From positions 87,598 to 151,597 of the forward strand of contig CAMUZS010000003.1 of assembly GCA_947165285.1 (NCBI GenBank): DNA of 64,000 nt, written 5' to 3'. A program made the translations under genes and the position numbers. Source of the stretch: an uncultured Mycoplasmatota bacterium (GTDB lineage Bacteria > Bacillota_I > Bacilli_A > RF39 > UBA660). The notes beneath the pieces were generated by a model, which saw only the letters and a list, made by a program, of their open reading frames with translations, was not told the DNA's origin and made no database searches. This document shows positions 50,121 to 57,829 of this stretch, one piece after another; position 1 is the first letter of the stretch; every line of letters starts with the position of its first letter.

Positions 50121-50579
50121 CTACTCCATTAATTTAGGATAATACAACTTTTTAGTTGATCCCTTAATAGAAAATGTAAACATATTTCTTACAATAGGTA
50201 AATCTATAGAAAAGAATACCTTAATTTGATAGTATGCACTATCAGGAAATTGTTCCTTAGTATTATTACTAGTTTCATACTTTACATACATTTCCTTAGC
50301 ACAAAATAAACCACGATTTCCTTGAGTAATCATAGCTTTTCCATCTTCTTTACTATCACAATTACCATAAGTTCTATATCCTATATGATCCATATATTCT
50401 TTAATTTGTTCTACAGCTTCACCATTTAAACCATTATTTTTTTGAATTATATTAATAATTTCATTCTTAACTTTATAAGCTTTATTCATATTTATAGAAA
50501 GGCATAAGTATCCTGTAAAAAGTACTACAAAGGTAACTACAATTCCAGTTAAAAAGTAAGAACCTATCGCTTCTCTCAC
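50121..50579 (-). CDS. TadE/minor-pseudopilin-like protein (152 aa)
   Basis: (GTG start) MREAIG|SYFLTGIVVTFVVLFTGYLCLSI; INMNKAYKVKNE, GYRTYGNC, AYYQIKVFFSIDLP. Confidence 0.55.
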   Translation of the reverse strand: MREAIGSYFLTGIVVTFVVLFTGYLCLSINMNKAYKVKNEIINIIQKNNGLNGEAVEQIKEYMDHIGYRTYGNCDSKEDGKAMITQGNRGLFCAKEMYVKYETSNNTKEQFPDSAYYQIKVFFSIDLPIVRNMFTFSIKGSTKKLYYPKLME

Positions 50580-50585
50580 TACCTA

Positions 50586-50849
50586 TCATCCTTTCCAAGG
50601 GCAATAAAATTCATGATCATCATCTTTTAAGTGACATTTTACTTTTTCAATATTTTTCATATCATCACATTTATTTGTACCAGAACCCTCACCACATGGA
50701 TTTTCACATATTGCCTTACTACAATTACTATTTGCTTTAAAATTATTGTCTAGTGATGGCCAAATAGTATAATAGAAAAAAGCCACAAGAAGAGCAACTG
50801 CTATTACAACAATTATTGTAAGATTAAGTTCTCCTGTAGCTTCTTTCAT
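50586..50849 (-). CDS. small Cys-rich pilin-like protein (87 aa)
   Basis: MKEATG|ELNLTIIVVIAVALLVAFFYY; six Cys; NSNCSKAICENPC motif. Confidence 0.6.
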   Translation of the reverse strand: MKEATGELNLTIIVVIAVALLVAFFYYTIWPSLDNNFKANSNCSKAICENPCGEGSGTNKCDDMKNIEKVKCHLKDDDHEFYCPWKG

Positions 50850-50885
50850 ATTTCATTACCTCACTATTTTATTCTTTTTTATAAA

Positions 50886-51182
50886 TTATTTAGATGGAGT
50901 AGTTGTTCCACCAGTATTTCCACCTGTTGTTCCACCTGTTGTATCCGTTTTAGCTTTATTTGGACAAACAACTTCCTTAGTTTCTCCTTTATCATCAATA
51001 TAAGTACAACTACATGTATCAGCATCACAACCAGATGGACAAATAGCGTTTGCACAATTAGTATTTCTTTCTATACTACTCTTAATTCCTGGCCATACAA
51101 ATGCATAAAAGAATGCTGCCACGGCTGCAATTGCTACAACTGTAACAACTGTCATATTTAATTCTCCTGTTGCCTCTTTCAT
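50886..51182 (-). CDS. small Cys-rich pilin-like protein (98 aa) with Thr/Gly-rich tail
   Basis: MKEATG|ELNMTVVTVVAIAAVAAFFYA; six Cys; NTNCANAICPSGC; tail TDTTGGTTGGNTGGTTTPSK. GAGAGGAG RBS. Confidence 0.6.
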   Translation of the reverse strand: MKEATGELNMTVVTVVAIAAVAAFFYAFVWPGIKSSIERNTNCANAICPSGCDADTCSCTYIDDKGETKEVVCPNKAKTDTTGGTTGGNTGGTTTPSK

Positions 51183-51215
51183 ATATATAATCTCCTCTCT
51201 CTCTACTATATATAA

Positions 51216-51244
51216 TTATAATGTATATTTTTCTAAATATCAAT
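51216..51244 (-). promoter_or_regulatory. consensus-like sigma-A promoter of the pilin-like operon (TTGATA-17-TATAAT)
   Basis: On the minus strand, -35 at 51244-51239 and -10 at 51221-51216, about 34 nt upstream of the first ATG. Confidence 0.6.
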
Positions 51245-51339
51245 ACATTAATTTACACTTTACACCTTAAAAATTAAATAAATTATTGTTATAGTTGTCA
51301 TATATACTTTCTTTTCATTTTTAAATAAAAATTATAATA

Positions 51340-51366
51340 ATAAAAAAATCAAGTAAAACTTGATTA
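51340..51366 (-). terminator. Rho-independent terminator of the 232-aa membrane protein gene
   Basis: atcaagt/acttgat hairpin overlapping the stop codon; TTTTTTT on the minus strand. Confidence 0.65.
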
Positions 51367-52062
51367 TTTAAATACTGCATTATTATAGACTCGTTTCATA
51401 ACTTCATCTGGATAAAACTTATCAAAAAATGATCCAAGTGGTGAAAAAGGGTGCCATCCTAATTGTCTAAACCAATATCTTATTGCTGCTCCAAATGATA
51501 CAAATAAATCAAACATAATAAATACTAATAATACTCTATATAATAAAATTCCTAAATTATATGGTATTTTCTCAATTAATTTTGATAAAAAAGGATAAAC
51601 AATATAAACTAGTAACAGTGCAAGTAATCCCCAAACTAACATATAAGGGACTGTTGTTCTACCATGAATATTTAGAAATTTATCTGAATAATTCCATGAA
51701 ACTGCTCCAGTAAATCTTTCTTGTAAAAAACTAGCAATATATTCAAATGCTCCCCCTATTAAACCACCATATAAGAAGTTTTCATACCATCTTTTTTCTT
51801 TTCTAAGTAAAAAGTAAGCCATTAATACTGCACCAAATCCATAAACTGGAGATAATTCACCATAAATAAGTCCTCTTCTTGTAACCCACACAATTGGTTG
51901 ATTATTAATATATTGAAATCCAATTGTTAATAACTCTTCAAAAATACAACCAAATACACAACCTATAACAAATATAAAAAATAATTTTTCTTTACACAAA
52001 CCCTTAGCAAATACACGTTTATCAGCTTGAAAATAATTAATTAATTTCTTCATTTTCATCAC
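51364..52062 (-). CDS. polytopic membrane protein (DUF1113 / putative type-IV ABC-transporter CmpB-like family)
   Basis: About 6 TMs; FGCIFEELL, GGAFEYIASFLQERF and SWNYSD motifs typical of that family as recalled. Confidence 0.55.
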   Translation of the reverse strand: MMKMKKLINYFQADKRVFAKGLCKEKLFFIFVIGCVFGCIFEELLTIGFQYINNQPIVWVTRRGLIYGELSPVYGFGAVLMAYFLLRKEKRWYENFLYGGLIGGAFEYIASFLQERFTGAVSWNYSDKFLNIHGRTTVPYMLVWGLLALLLVYIVYPFLSKLIEKIPYNLGILLYRVLLVFIMFDLFVSFGAAIRYWFRQLGWHPFSPLGSFFDKFYPDEVMKRVYNNAVFK

Positions 52063-52116
52063 TTCTTACCTTATAACAAGATTATACATTATTTTTTTAA
52101 TAAAAAAAAGTACTAA

Positions 52117-52653
52117 TTACTTAGCACTTTTAGTTGTTGTAGTCTTTTTAGTTGCAGTAGTAGTCTTTTTAGTTGCAGTAGTTGTTTTTTTAGCAGTAGT
52201 TGTTGCTTTTTTAGTTGTAGTTTTCTTTTCTTCTTTTACTTCTTCTTTTTCAACAACTTTTTCTTCAGCTTTAACAGCAGCTTTTTTAACTACTTTTCCA
52301 TCATTTGCATCTTTTGCAATTTTTACAATTGATTTAAATGCTTTACTATCATTTACAGCAAGTTCAGCAAGCATTTTTCTATTAATTTCTACTCCAGCTT
52401 TAGTTAAACCTGAAATAAATTTAGAATAAGAAATATCATTTTCTCTACACGCAGCATTAATTCTTGTAATCCATAATTTTCTAAAGTTTCTTTTATTAGC
52501 TCTTCTATCTCTAAATGCATAATTTCCACTGTGGAAAACTTGTTCTTGAGCTGTTTTATATAATCTATGTTTAGAACCAAAGTATCCTTTTGCTTGTTTT
52601 AATACTTTTCTTCTTCTTGTTTTAGATACGCTTCCGCCTTTAACTCTTGTCAT
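52117..52653 (-). CDS. rplT: 50S ribosomal protein L20 with ~60-aa Lys/Thr/Ala-rich C-terminal extension
   Basis: [35 protein letters not shown]... L20 core (~118 aa), then ...[31 protein letters not shown]. Confidence 0.95.
   Translation of the reverse strand: MTRVKGGSVSKTRRRKVLKQAKGYFGSKHRLYKTAQEQVFHSGNYAFRDRRANKRNFRKLWITRINAACRENDISYSKFISGLTKAGVEINRKMLAELAVNDSKAFKSIVKIAKDANDGKVVKKAAVKAEEKVVEKEEVKEEKKTTTKKATTTAKKTTTATKKTTTATKKTTTTKSAK
52141..52215. repeat. 21-nt tandem repeat inside the rplT 3' extension
   Basis: agtctttttagttgcagtagt occurs at 52141-52161 and identically at 52162-52182, followed by diverged units (7-aa period TTATKKT). Confidence 0.85.
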
Positions 52654-52667
52654 GTTCTACACCTCAC

Positions 52668-52868
52668 TTATTTAATAACAGATTTAATTCTGTTACTCAT
52701 TCCTTTACTTAATGTTCCTTTATTTCTTCTTTGTCTTACAGATTTTGAAGAATCTTTTGCTGTTTTATGATTTCCATTACCCTTTTTATAAGTAATTGTC
52801 CCATTTTTCTTTACTTTTAAAACTTTTGAACTTGCTTTATGTGTTTTTTGTTTAGCTCCTTTTGCCAT
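52668..52868 (-). CDS. rpmI: 50S ribosomal protein L35
   Basis: 66 aa, very basic. Sits between infC and rplT, as in the conserved operon. Confidence 0.93.
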   Translation of the reverse strand: MAKGAKQKTHKASSKVLKVKKNGTITYKKGNGNHKTAKDSSKSVRQRRNKGTLSKGMSNRIKSVIK

Positions 52869-52885
52869 ATTTATAACTTCCTTTC

Positions 52886-53416
52886 TTACTTCTTTTTAGG
52901 TGCAAGTAATACTGACATTGTTCTACCATTTAAATTTGGCTTTTCTTCAATATCACATACTTCGCTTAATTCATCAGCAAACCTTAATAATACTTCTTTA
53001 CCTTGTTCAGTATAAGCCATTTGTCTTCCTTTAAATCTAATAGTTGCTTTAATTTTATGTCCTTTACATAAATAATCATATGCATTTTTCTTTCTTGTAT
53101 TAAAATCTCCAATATCAATTGTTAATGATAATTGATATTCTTTAATATCTTTATTAGATTCTCTTTGTTTCTTTTGTTGTTCTTTCATCTTTTTTTGCTT
53201 TTCATAACGATATTTGTTATAGTCCATAATTTTTCCAACAGCAATATTTCCATTATCACTCATTAATACAAGATCAAGTCCTGCATAATTAGCTAAAGTA
53301 AGAGCATCAGGTAGTTTTTTAACTCCCATTTGTTCTCCATTTGGCCCTATTACCATTAATTCTGCAACATTAATATTTTCATTAATTAAAGTTTCATTGC
53401 TTTTAAAGTTTGCTAT
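52886..53416 (-). CDS. infC: translation initiation factor IF-3, non-canonical ATA start
   Basis: GGAGGTG RBS (53429-53423) + 6 nt + ATA at 53416 gives (M)ANFKSNETLINENINVAELMVIGPNGEQMG..., 176 aa. The longer track ORF adds an implausible hydrophobic N-terminus and has no RBS. Confidence 0.85.
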   Translation of the reverse strand: MANFKSNETLINENINVAELMVIGPNGEQMGVKKLPDALTLANYAGLDLVLMSDNGNIAVGKIMDYNKYRYEKQKKMKEQQKKQRESNKDIKEYQLSLTIDIGDFNTRKKNAYDYLCKGHKIKATIRFKGRQMAYTEQGKEVLLRFADELSEVCDIEEKPNLNGRTMSVLLAPKKK

Positions 53417-53590
53417 TTTAAACACCTCCATATAATTAAAAAGATAGATACAATTGTATCCACCTAATAAGCCTAATAACATTAATAAATCTTTAAGCAT
53501 TGAACCTATTACCTATATAGCAATCAGGTGAATTTGTGGATACAAATTTCTTTCTCTTTAAAATAACAACTAGATTATATAAATAATTAC
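53417..53590 (-). promoter_or_regulatory. infC-rpmI-rplT leader with alternative terminator/antiterminator pairings (L20-leader-like attenuator)
   Basis: Minus strand: hairpin AATTTGT-ATCC-ACAAATT. GTATCCAC (53543-53536) is complementary to GTGGATAC, which overlaps the palindrome GATACAATTGTATC (53460-53447), and that palindrome is followed by TATCTTTTT. Confidence 0.4.
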
Positions 53591-53598
53591 ATCATTTG

Positions 53599-54381
53599 TC
53601 AAGCATTTTCACTTATTAATTCACTTAATTTAACTATAGATAATCCCTTTGATTTTATATAATCTATTATATATGCGACATCATCTATTAAAACATTATC
53701 CTTAATTAATACAATATCACCAGAAGATATATTATTTTTAATAGCTAACATATTAGTAGAATTAAAAACTAAATTAGGTTCTACTAAGTATTTTTTATTT
53801 CTTATACAAAAATCTTTATTATTTCTTCCAATTAAGCAAATATTAGTATTAATTTTATCTTTATTTAATATTCTTTCAACACTTTGATATTCTTCAAAAT
53901 CATTATTAATTTGTTCAAATTTTGGATTTTTATTAACACTTTCTTTTTTTACTAATATACTAGCACTAATATTATTAGATACTAAATAAGTAATAATATT
54001 ACTTTCATCATTTTCTAATATAAATGATACTGCCTTTTTATTAGGATTTCCTTTAGAAATAATCTTATCTTTATTGTCTTCTAAACTAATATCTGGTTTA
54101 ATCTTGTTTGTTTCTAAAAACAAACTATTAAAAGTACCATTATTGCTTTTCATATTCATTAAACTTTTAATTTCATTTATTCTTTTACCATACATTCCAG
54201 GAACAATATAAGAATCATCTATTTGTGCATTAACAGCATCAACATTATACTCATTAGAATATTCCTTTATACTTTGCATAATTGGATCTTTACTTCTTAA
54301 AAATATAGCAGATTTTTCAGTTACATAAAAACTACATAGAATAAATAATAATACTATAAAATACTTTAAATATTTCTTCAT
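53599..54381 (-). CDS. membrane-anchored hypothetical protein (possibly a degenerate NodB/polysaccharide-deacetylase-like fold)
   Basis: N-terminal TM. KKAVSFILENDESNIITYLVSNNISASILV resembles NodB motif 1, but the Asp-Asp and His motifs are missing. Confidence 0.4.
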   Translation of the reverse strand: MKKYLKYFIVLLFILCSFYVTEKSAIFLRSKDPIMQSIKEYSNEYNVDAVNAQIDDSYIVPGMYGKRINEIKSLMNMKSNNGTFNSLFLETNKIKPDISLEDNKDKIISKGNPNKKAVSFILENDESNIITYLVSNNISASILVKKESVNKNPKFEQINNDFEEYQSVERILNKDKINTNICLIGRNNKDFCIRNKKYLVEPNLVFNSTNMLAIKNNISSGDIVLIKDNVLIDDVAYIIDYIKSKGLSIVKLSELISENA

Positions 54382-54443
54382 AATATATTCACCTAATAAA
54401 TAATATGAAAAAAAACAACTCGCAATGAATACGAATTGTTTTA

Positions 54444-54794
54444 TTAGCCAATTTTATTTTTTAAAAGTTCTACTCCTCTTTTTGTATCCGGAATTAAAAT
54501 ATCATAGATATCTTTATATTTCTTTAACTCATCTATAAATTTTAATTCTTCTTTTGTTAGAGTGTAATAATTATCTTCACCTACAGTTTTTATCTTACAA
54601 TCAGTTCCTAATATATAATCAGCACTTACTCCAAATATATGAACAAAATCTATAATAGCTTCAATTGAGGGATTTCTTAATTCTTTTTCATATAAGCATA
54701 CTACAGATTTTTTAACACCGATCATTTCACCTAACTCACCTTGAGTCAAATTTTTAGCTTTTCGTAATGCTTTTAGCCTGTCTCCTTTTATCAC
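54444..54794 (-). CDS. XRE-family helix-turn-helix transcriptional regulator
   Basis: LKALRKAKNLTQGELGEMIGVKKSVVCLYEKELRNPS. GTG start with GAGGTGA RBS. Confidence 0.85.
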   Translation of the reverse strand: MIKGDRLKALRKAKNLTQGELGEMIGVKKSVVCLYEKELRNPSIEAIIDFVHIFGVSADYILGTDCKIKTVGEDNYYTLTKEELKFIDELKKYKDIYDILIPDTKRGVELLKNKIG

Positions 54795-54866
54795 AAATAT
54801 TCACCTCAAGTCAATTATAGGACCTAATTATAAGCAAAAATATACTGTTTACCTTGTGTAAAATTA

Positions 54867-55208
54867 TTATTCTTCAATTGTAACATTTTCTTTTTTAGAT
54901 GATAAAAAAGTTACTCTTTCTGCAATAACTTCAATAGAATATTTTGTATTACCATCTTGATCTTGATAAGAATTCGTTTGAAGTCTTCCTTTAATACCAA
55001 CAACATCTCCACAGTGACAATACTCGGCAGTATTTGAAGCTATTCCATTCCAAAGAGCACATCTAATAAAATCTGTTTCGTATAATCCATTAGTATTTTT
55101 GAAAGGTCTTTGAACTGCTAAAACAATAGATGATACTTTTTTATTATTTTCTGTTTCAATAACTTCAGGATCTTTAGTAAGCCTTCCAACAAGTACTATT
55201 TGATTCAA
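54867..55208 (-). CDS. ssb: single-stranded DNA-binding protein, short form without acidic C-terminal tail
   Basis: MNQIVLVGRLTKDPE OB-fold pattern; 113 aa ending ...KKENVTIEE. TTG start with AAAGGAGGA RBS. Confidence 0.85.
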   Translation of the reverse strand: MNQIVLVGRLTKDPEVIETENNKKVSSIVLAVQRPFKNTNGLYETDFIRCALWNGIASNTAEYCHCGDVVGIKGRLQTNSYQDQDGNTKYSIEVIAERVTFLSSKKENVTIEE

Positions 55209-55379
55209 TATAATTCCTCCTTTCTTGAAAAACGTACTCTATCAAATGTTAAAAATACTGTCAAAAAGCAATTTTTAAATTATTGCACACCAAAAAAGAG
55301 CAATAATTTAATTATTGTCTATACAAAAATTATCCCTCTTTTTTTTAAAACTCTTCTAAAATTTGATTTTTGTATTTTT

Positions 55380-56678
55380 TTAATTTTTTAACAATCTATT
55401 TAATTCAACAGCATATTCAAGTGGTAATTCTTTTTTAAAATCATTAACAAATCCAAGTAATAATAATTCTTTAGCTATATCTTCACTTAATCCCTTACTT
55501 GTTAAATAAAATAATTTTTCTTCATTTATTTTAGAAACAGTTGCTTCATGTTCAATCATTGATGAATTATTTTCAACAATATTTTTTGGATATGTATCAC
55601 TTTTTGATTTACTATCTAAAATTATAGTATCACATTTTACACTTGCACTAGAATTAATAGCATTTTTAGTAATTCTTGTAGTTCCCCTATAATTTGCTAT
55701 TCCACCATCAGATGCTATTGATTTACTAACAATATTACTAGTTGTATTTTTACCAATATGAATCATTTTGGCTCCAGCATCTAATACTTGATTTTCTTTT
55801 GCATATGCAATAGATATAGAATTTCCTTTAGCATAATCACCTTTTAATATACAAGATGGATATTTCATAGTTACTTTAGAACCTATATTTCCATCAATCC
55901 ATTCCATTTTTCCATAAGATTCAACAATTGCTCTTTTAGTAACTAAATTATAAACATCAGTTGACCAATTTTGAATAGTAGAATATTTACAATGTGAATG
56001 TTTTCCTACATATATTTCAACAACTCCTGCATGAAGTGAATTAGCAGAATAAGTTGGAGCAGTACATCCTTCAATATATGATAAATCACTATTATCATCT
56101 ACAATAATTATTGTTCTTTCAAATTGACCAAGAGATTTAGAATTAATTCTAAAATAAGATTGTAATGGTCTATCTAATTTGGTATCCTTTGGAATATATA
56201 TAAATGATCCACCAGACCATAAAGCAGTATTTAAAGCAGTATATTTATTTTCATTATATTTAACTAAATTATTAAAATACTTTTTAAAAAGATCAGGATA
56301 CTTTTTTAATGCATCATCACTTGATGTAAAAATAATATTACTATCTTTATTACTGTGATAAAAAACTTCAGATTCTATTTGATTAGTAACTCCACCCAAA
56401 TATTCTTTCTCTGCTTTAATAACACCTAAATCTTCAAATGTATTTCTAATTTTACAAGATACATTATTCCAATTATCTTCCATTTTTTCATTTACTTTTT
56501 TATAATAGCAAATTTCATCAAAATTTATATCTAACTTTGGTCCAAAATCAGGATTATCTAACTTCAAAAATTCTTCAAAAGCTTGAAGTCTAATATTTAA
56601 CATCCAATCAGGTTCATTTTTTCCTTTAGATAAATTTATAATAAATTCTTTAGATAATTTGCCTTCCATAAAAATCAC
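55380..56678 (-). CDS. sufB: Fe-S cluster assembly protein SufB (SufB/SufD family)
   Basis: ...MIEHEATVSKINEEKLFYLTSKGLSEDIAKELLLLGFV... C-terminal signature and a beta-helix core. The start is uncertain (GTG 56678 or ATG 56669; neither has a good RBS). Confidence 0.85.
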   Translation of the reverse strand: MIFMEGKLSKEFIINLSKGKNEPDWMLNIRLQAFEEFLKLDNPDFGPKLDINFDEICYYKKVNEKMEDNWNNVSCKIRNTFEDLGVIKAEKEYLGGVTNQIESEVFYHSNKDSNIIFTSSDDALKKYPDLFKKYFNNLVKYNENKYTALNTALWSGGSFIYIPKDTKLDRPLQSYFRINSKSLGQFERTIIIVDDNSDLSYIEGCTAPTYSANSLHAGVVEIYVGKHSHCKYSTIQNWSTDVYNLVTKRAIVESYGKMEWIDGNIGSKVTMKYPSCILKGDYAKGNSISIAYAKENQVLDAGAKMIHIGKNTTSNIVSKSIASDGGIANYRGTTRITKNAINSSASVKCDTIILDSKSKSDTYPKNIVENNSSMIEHEATVSKINEEKLFYLTSKGLSEDIAKELLLLGFVNDFKKELPLEYAVELNRLLKN

Positions 56679-56751
56679 TAAAGTTATTATACAATATTAT
56701 TGCAAAAATTCAAATTTTCTGATATATTCTTTATAGTAAGGATATGATGGT

Positions 56752-57501
56752 ATGACAAATAATATTTTATTTGATTTCTTATTAAAATATGATAATTTAA
56801 GCGAACTATCATATTCAAATAATAAATTAACATATCAAGATAAAACAATTGATACTAGAAATGTATATTTAAATGATTTCTTTAGTAATCAATACAATCA
56901 ATTAAATTTAGATCAATACACTATATCTGCTAAAGATTTCTTTAATATAATTGAAATACATTCTAAAATAATAGAACCAGAAAATTCGATTAATGAAGTT
57001 CAAGTTAGCGAATTAGAAAGATTTGCTTTAAGTATTTTAGAAAAAGCAGGAAAAACTATAAAAAATAATAAAGTAAATAACTATGATGTTATTAATTGTG
57101 ATCACTATTTTAATTTATTAAATAATAATGAATTAAGTGAAGATGATTTAAAAAAATTAATTGATTATGAAACATATATAAATCAATTAAACACTTATAA
57201 TAATTATCTTTTACCTAACCAAAACAATGAATTAAATAAATATAAAGCAAACATAATAGATTTAATTGAAAAGCAAAATACAGACAATATATTAAATGAT
57301 AATCAATTAAATGCAATAAAACAATATAATGATATGACTAATAAAATTGCAAATAATAATCTAGTAAGTAATAATAAATTAGTTAAAAAAGCAAATTCAG
57401 AAATATCTGCAGGATTTATAAATGCATTTATTGTAATTTTATTAATGTTATCTTCTGGAATAGTAATTGGAACAATAGTATACTTTACAATAATAATATA
57501 A
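56752..57501 (+). CDS. Asn-rich hypothetical protein with C-terminal TM anchor
   Basis: 249-aa ORF on the plus strand; C-terminal AGFINAFIVILLMLSSGIVIGTIVYFTIII. Confidence 0.55.
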   Translation: MTNNILFDFLLKYDNLSELSYSNNKLTYQDKTIDTRNVYLNDFFSNQYNQLNLDQYTISAKDFFNIIEIHSKIIEPENSINEVQVSELERFALSILEKAGKTIKNNKVNNYDVINCDHYFNLLNNNELSEDDLKKLIDYETYINQLNTYNNYLLPNQNNELNKYKANIIDLIEKQNTDNILNDNQLNAIKQYNDMTNKIANNNLVSNNKLVKKANSEISAGFINAFIVILLMLSSGIVIGTIVYFTIII

Positions 57502-57530
57502 AAAAATCACATAAAAAGTGATTTTTTATT
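57498..57530. terminator. bidirectional terminator between convergent genes
   Basis: aaatcac/gtgattt hairpin (57504-57524), flanked by an A-run and a T-run. Confidence 0.65.
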
Positions 57531-57786
57531 TTGTTTCAATTATTAACTTAATTGCAGTTTTTTGTTCATCATTTATTAATACATCGTTAAATGCAGGAAT
57601 TACACATAAATTATATCCCGATGGAGATAAAAATCCTCTTGCTATAGCTATTGCTTTAATACTTTGATTTAAAGCACCTGCTCCAATGGCTTGAAGTTCA
57701 ACACTTTGATTTTCCCTAAAGATATTTGCAATTGCTCCAGCAACTTTACTAGGATTAGATTTCGATGATACTTTAAGTATTTCCAT
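57526..57786 (-). CDS. spoVS: stage V sporulation protein S
   Basis: MEILKVSSKSNPSKVAGAIANIFRENQSVELQAIGAGALNQSIKAIAIARGF... follows B. subtilis SpoVS nearly position by position. AAGGAGGA RBS before ATG 57786; 86 aa. Confidence 0.95.
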   Translation of the reverse strand: MEILKVSSKSNPSKVAGAIANIFRENQSVELQAIGAGALNQSIKAIAIARGFLSPSGYNLCVIPAFNDVLINDEQKTAIKLIIETK

Positions 57787-57829
57787 GATTTCCTCCTTTA
57801 TAGAATATATGAATAAAAAAAAGAAAGTA

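Noticed and set aside
53417-53500. N-terminal 28-codon extension of the infC track ORF (MLKDLLMLLGLLGGYNCIYLFNYMEVFK).
   Set aside because: It has no RBS and a hydrophobic non-IF3 sequence. It also overlaps the predicted leader terminator, and the GGAGGTG RBS points to the ATA at 53416.
55200-55391. Plus-strand 63-aa ORF in the ssb-sufB intergenic region.
   Set aside because: It spans the ssb promoter and the sufB terminator, has no RBS and has low-complexity composition.
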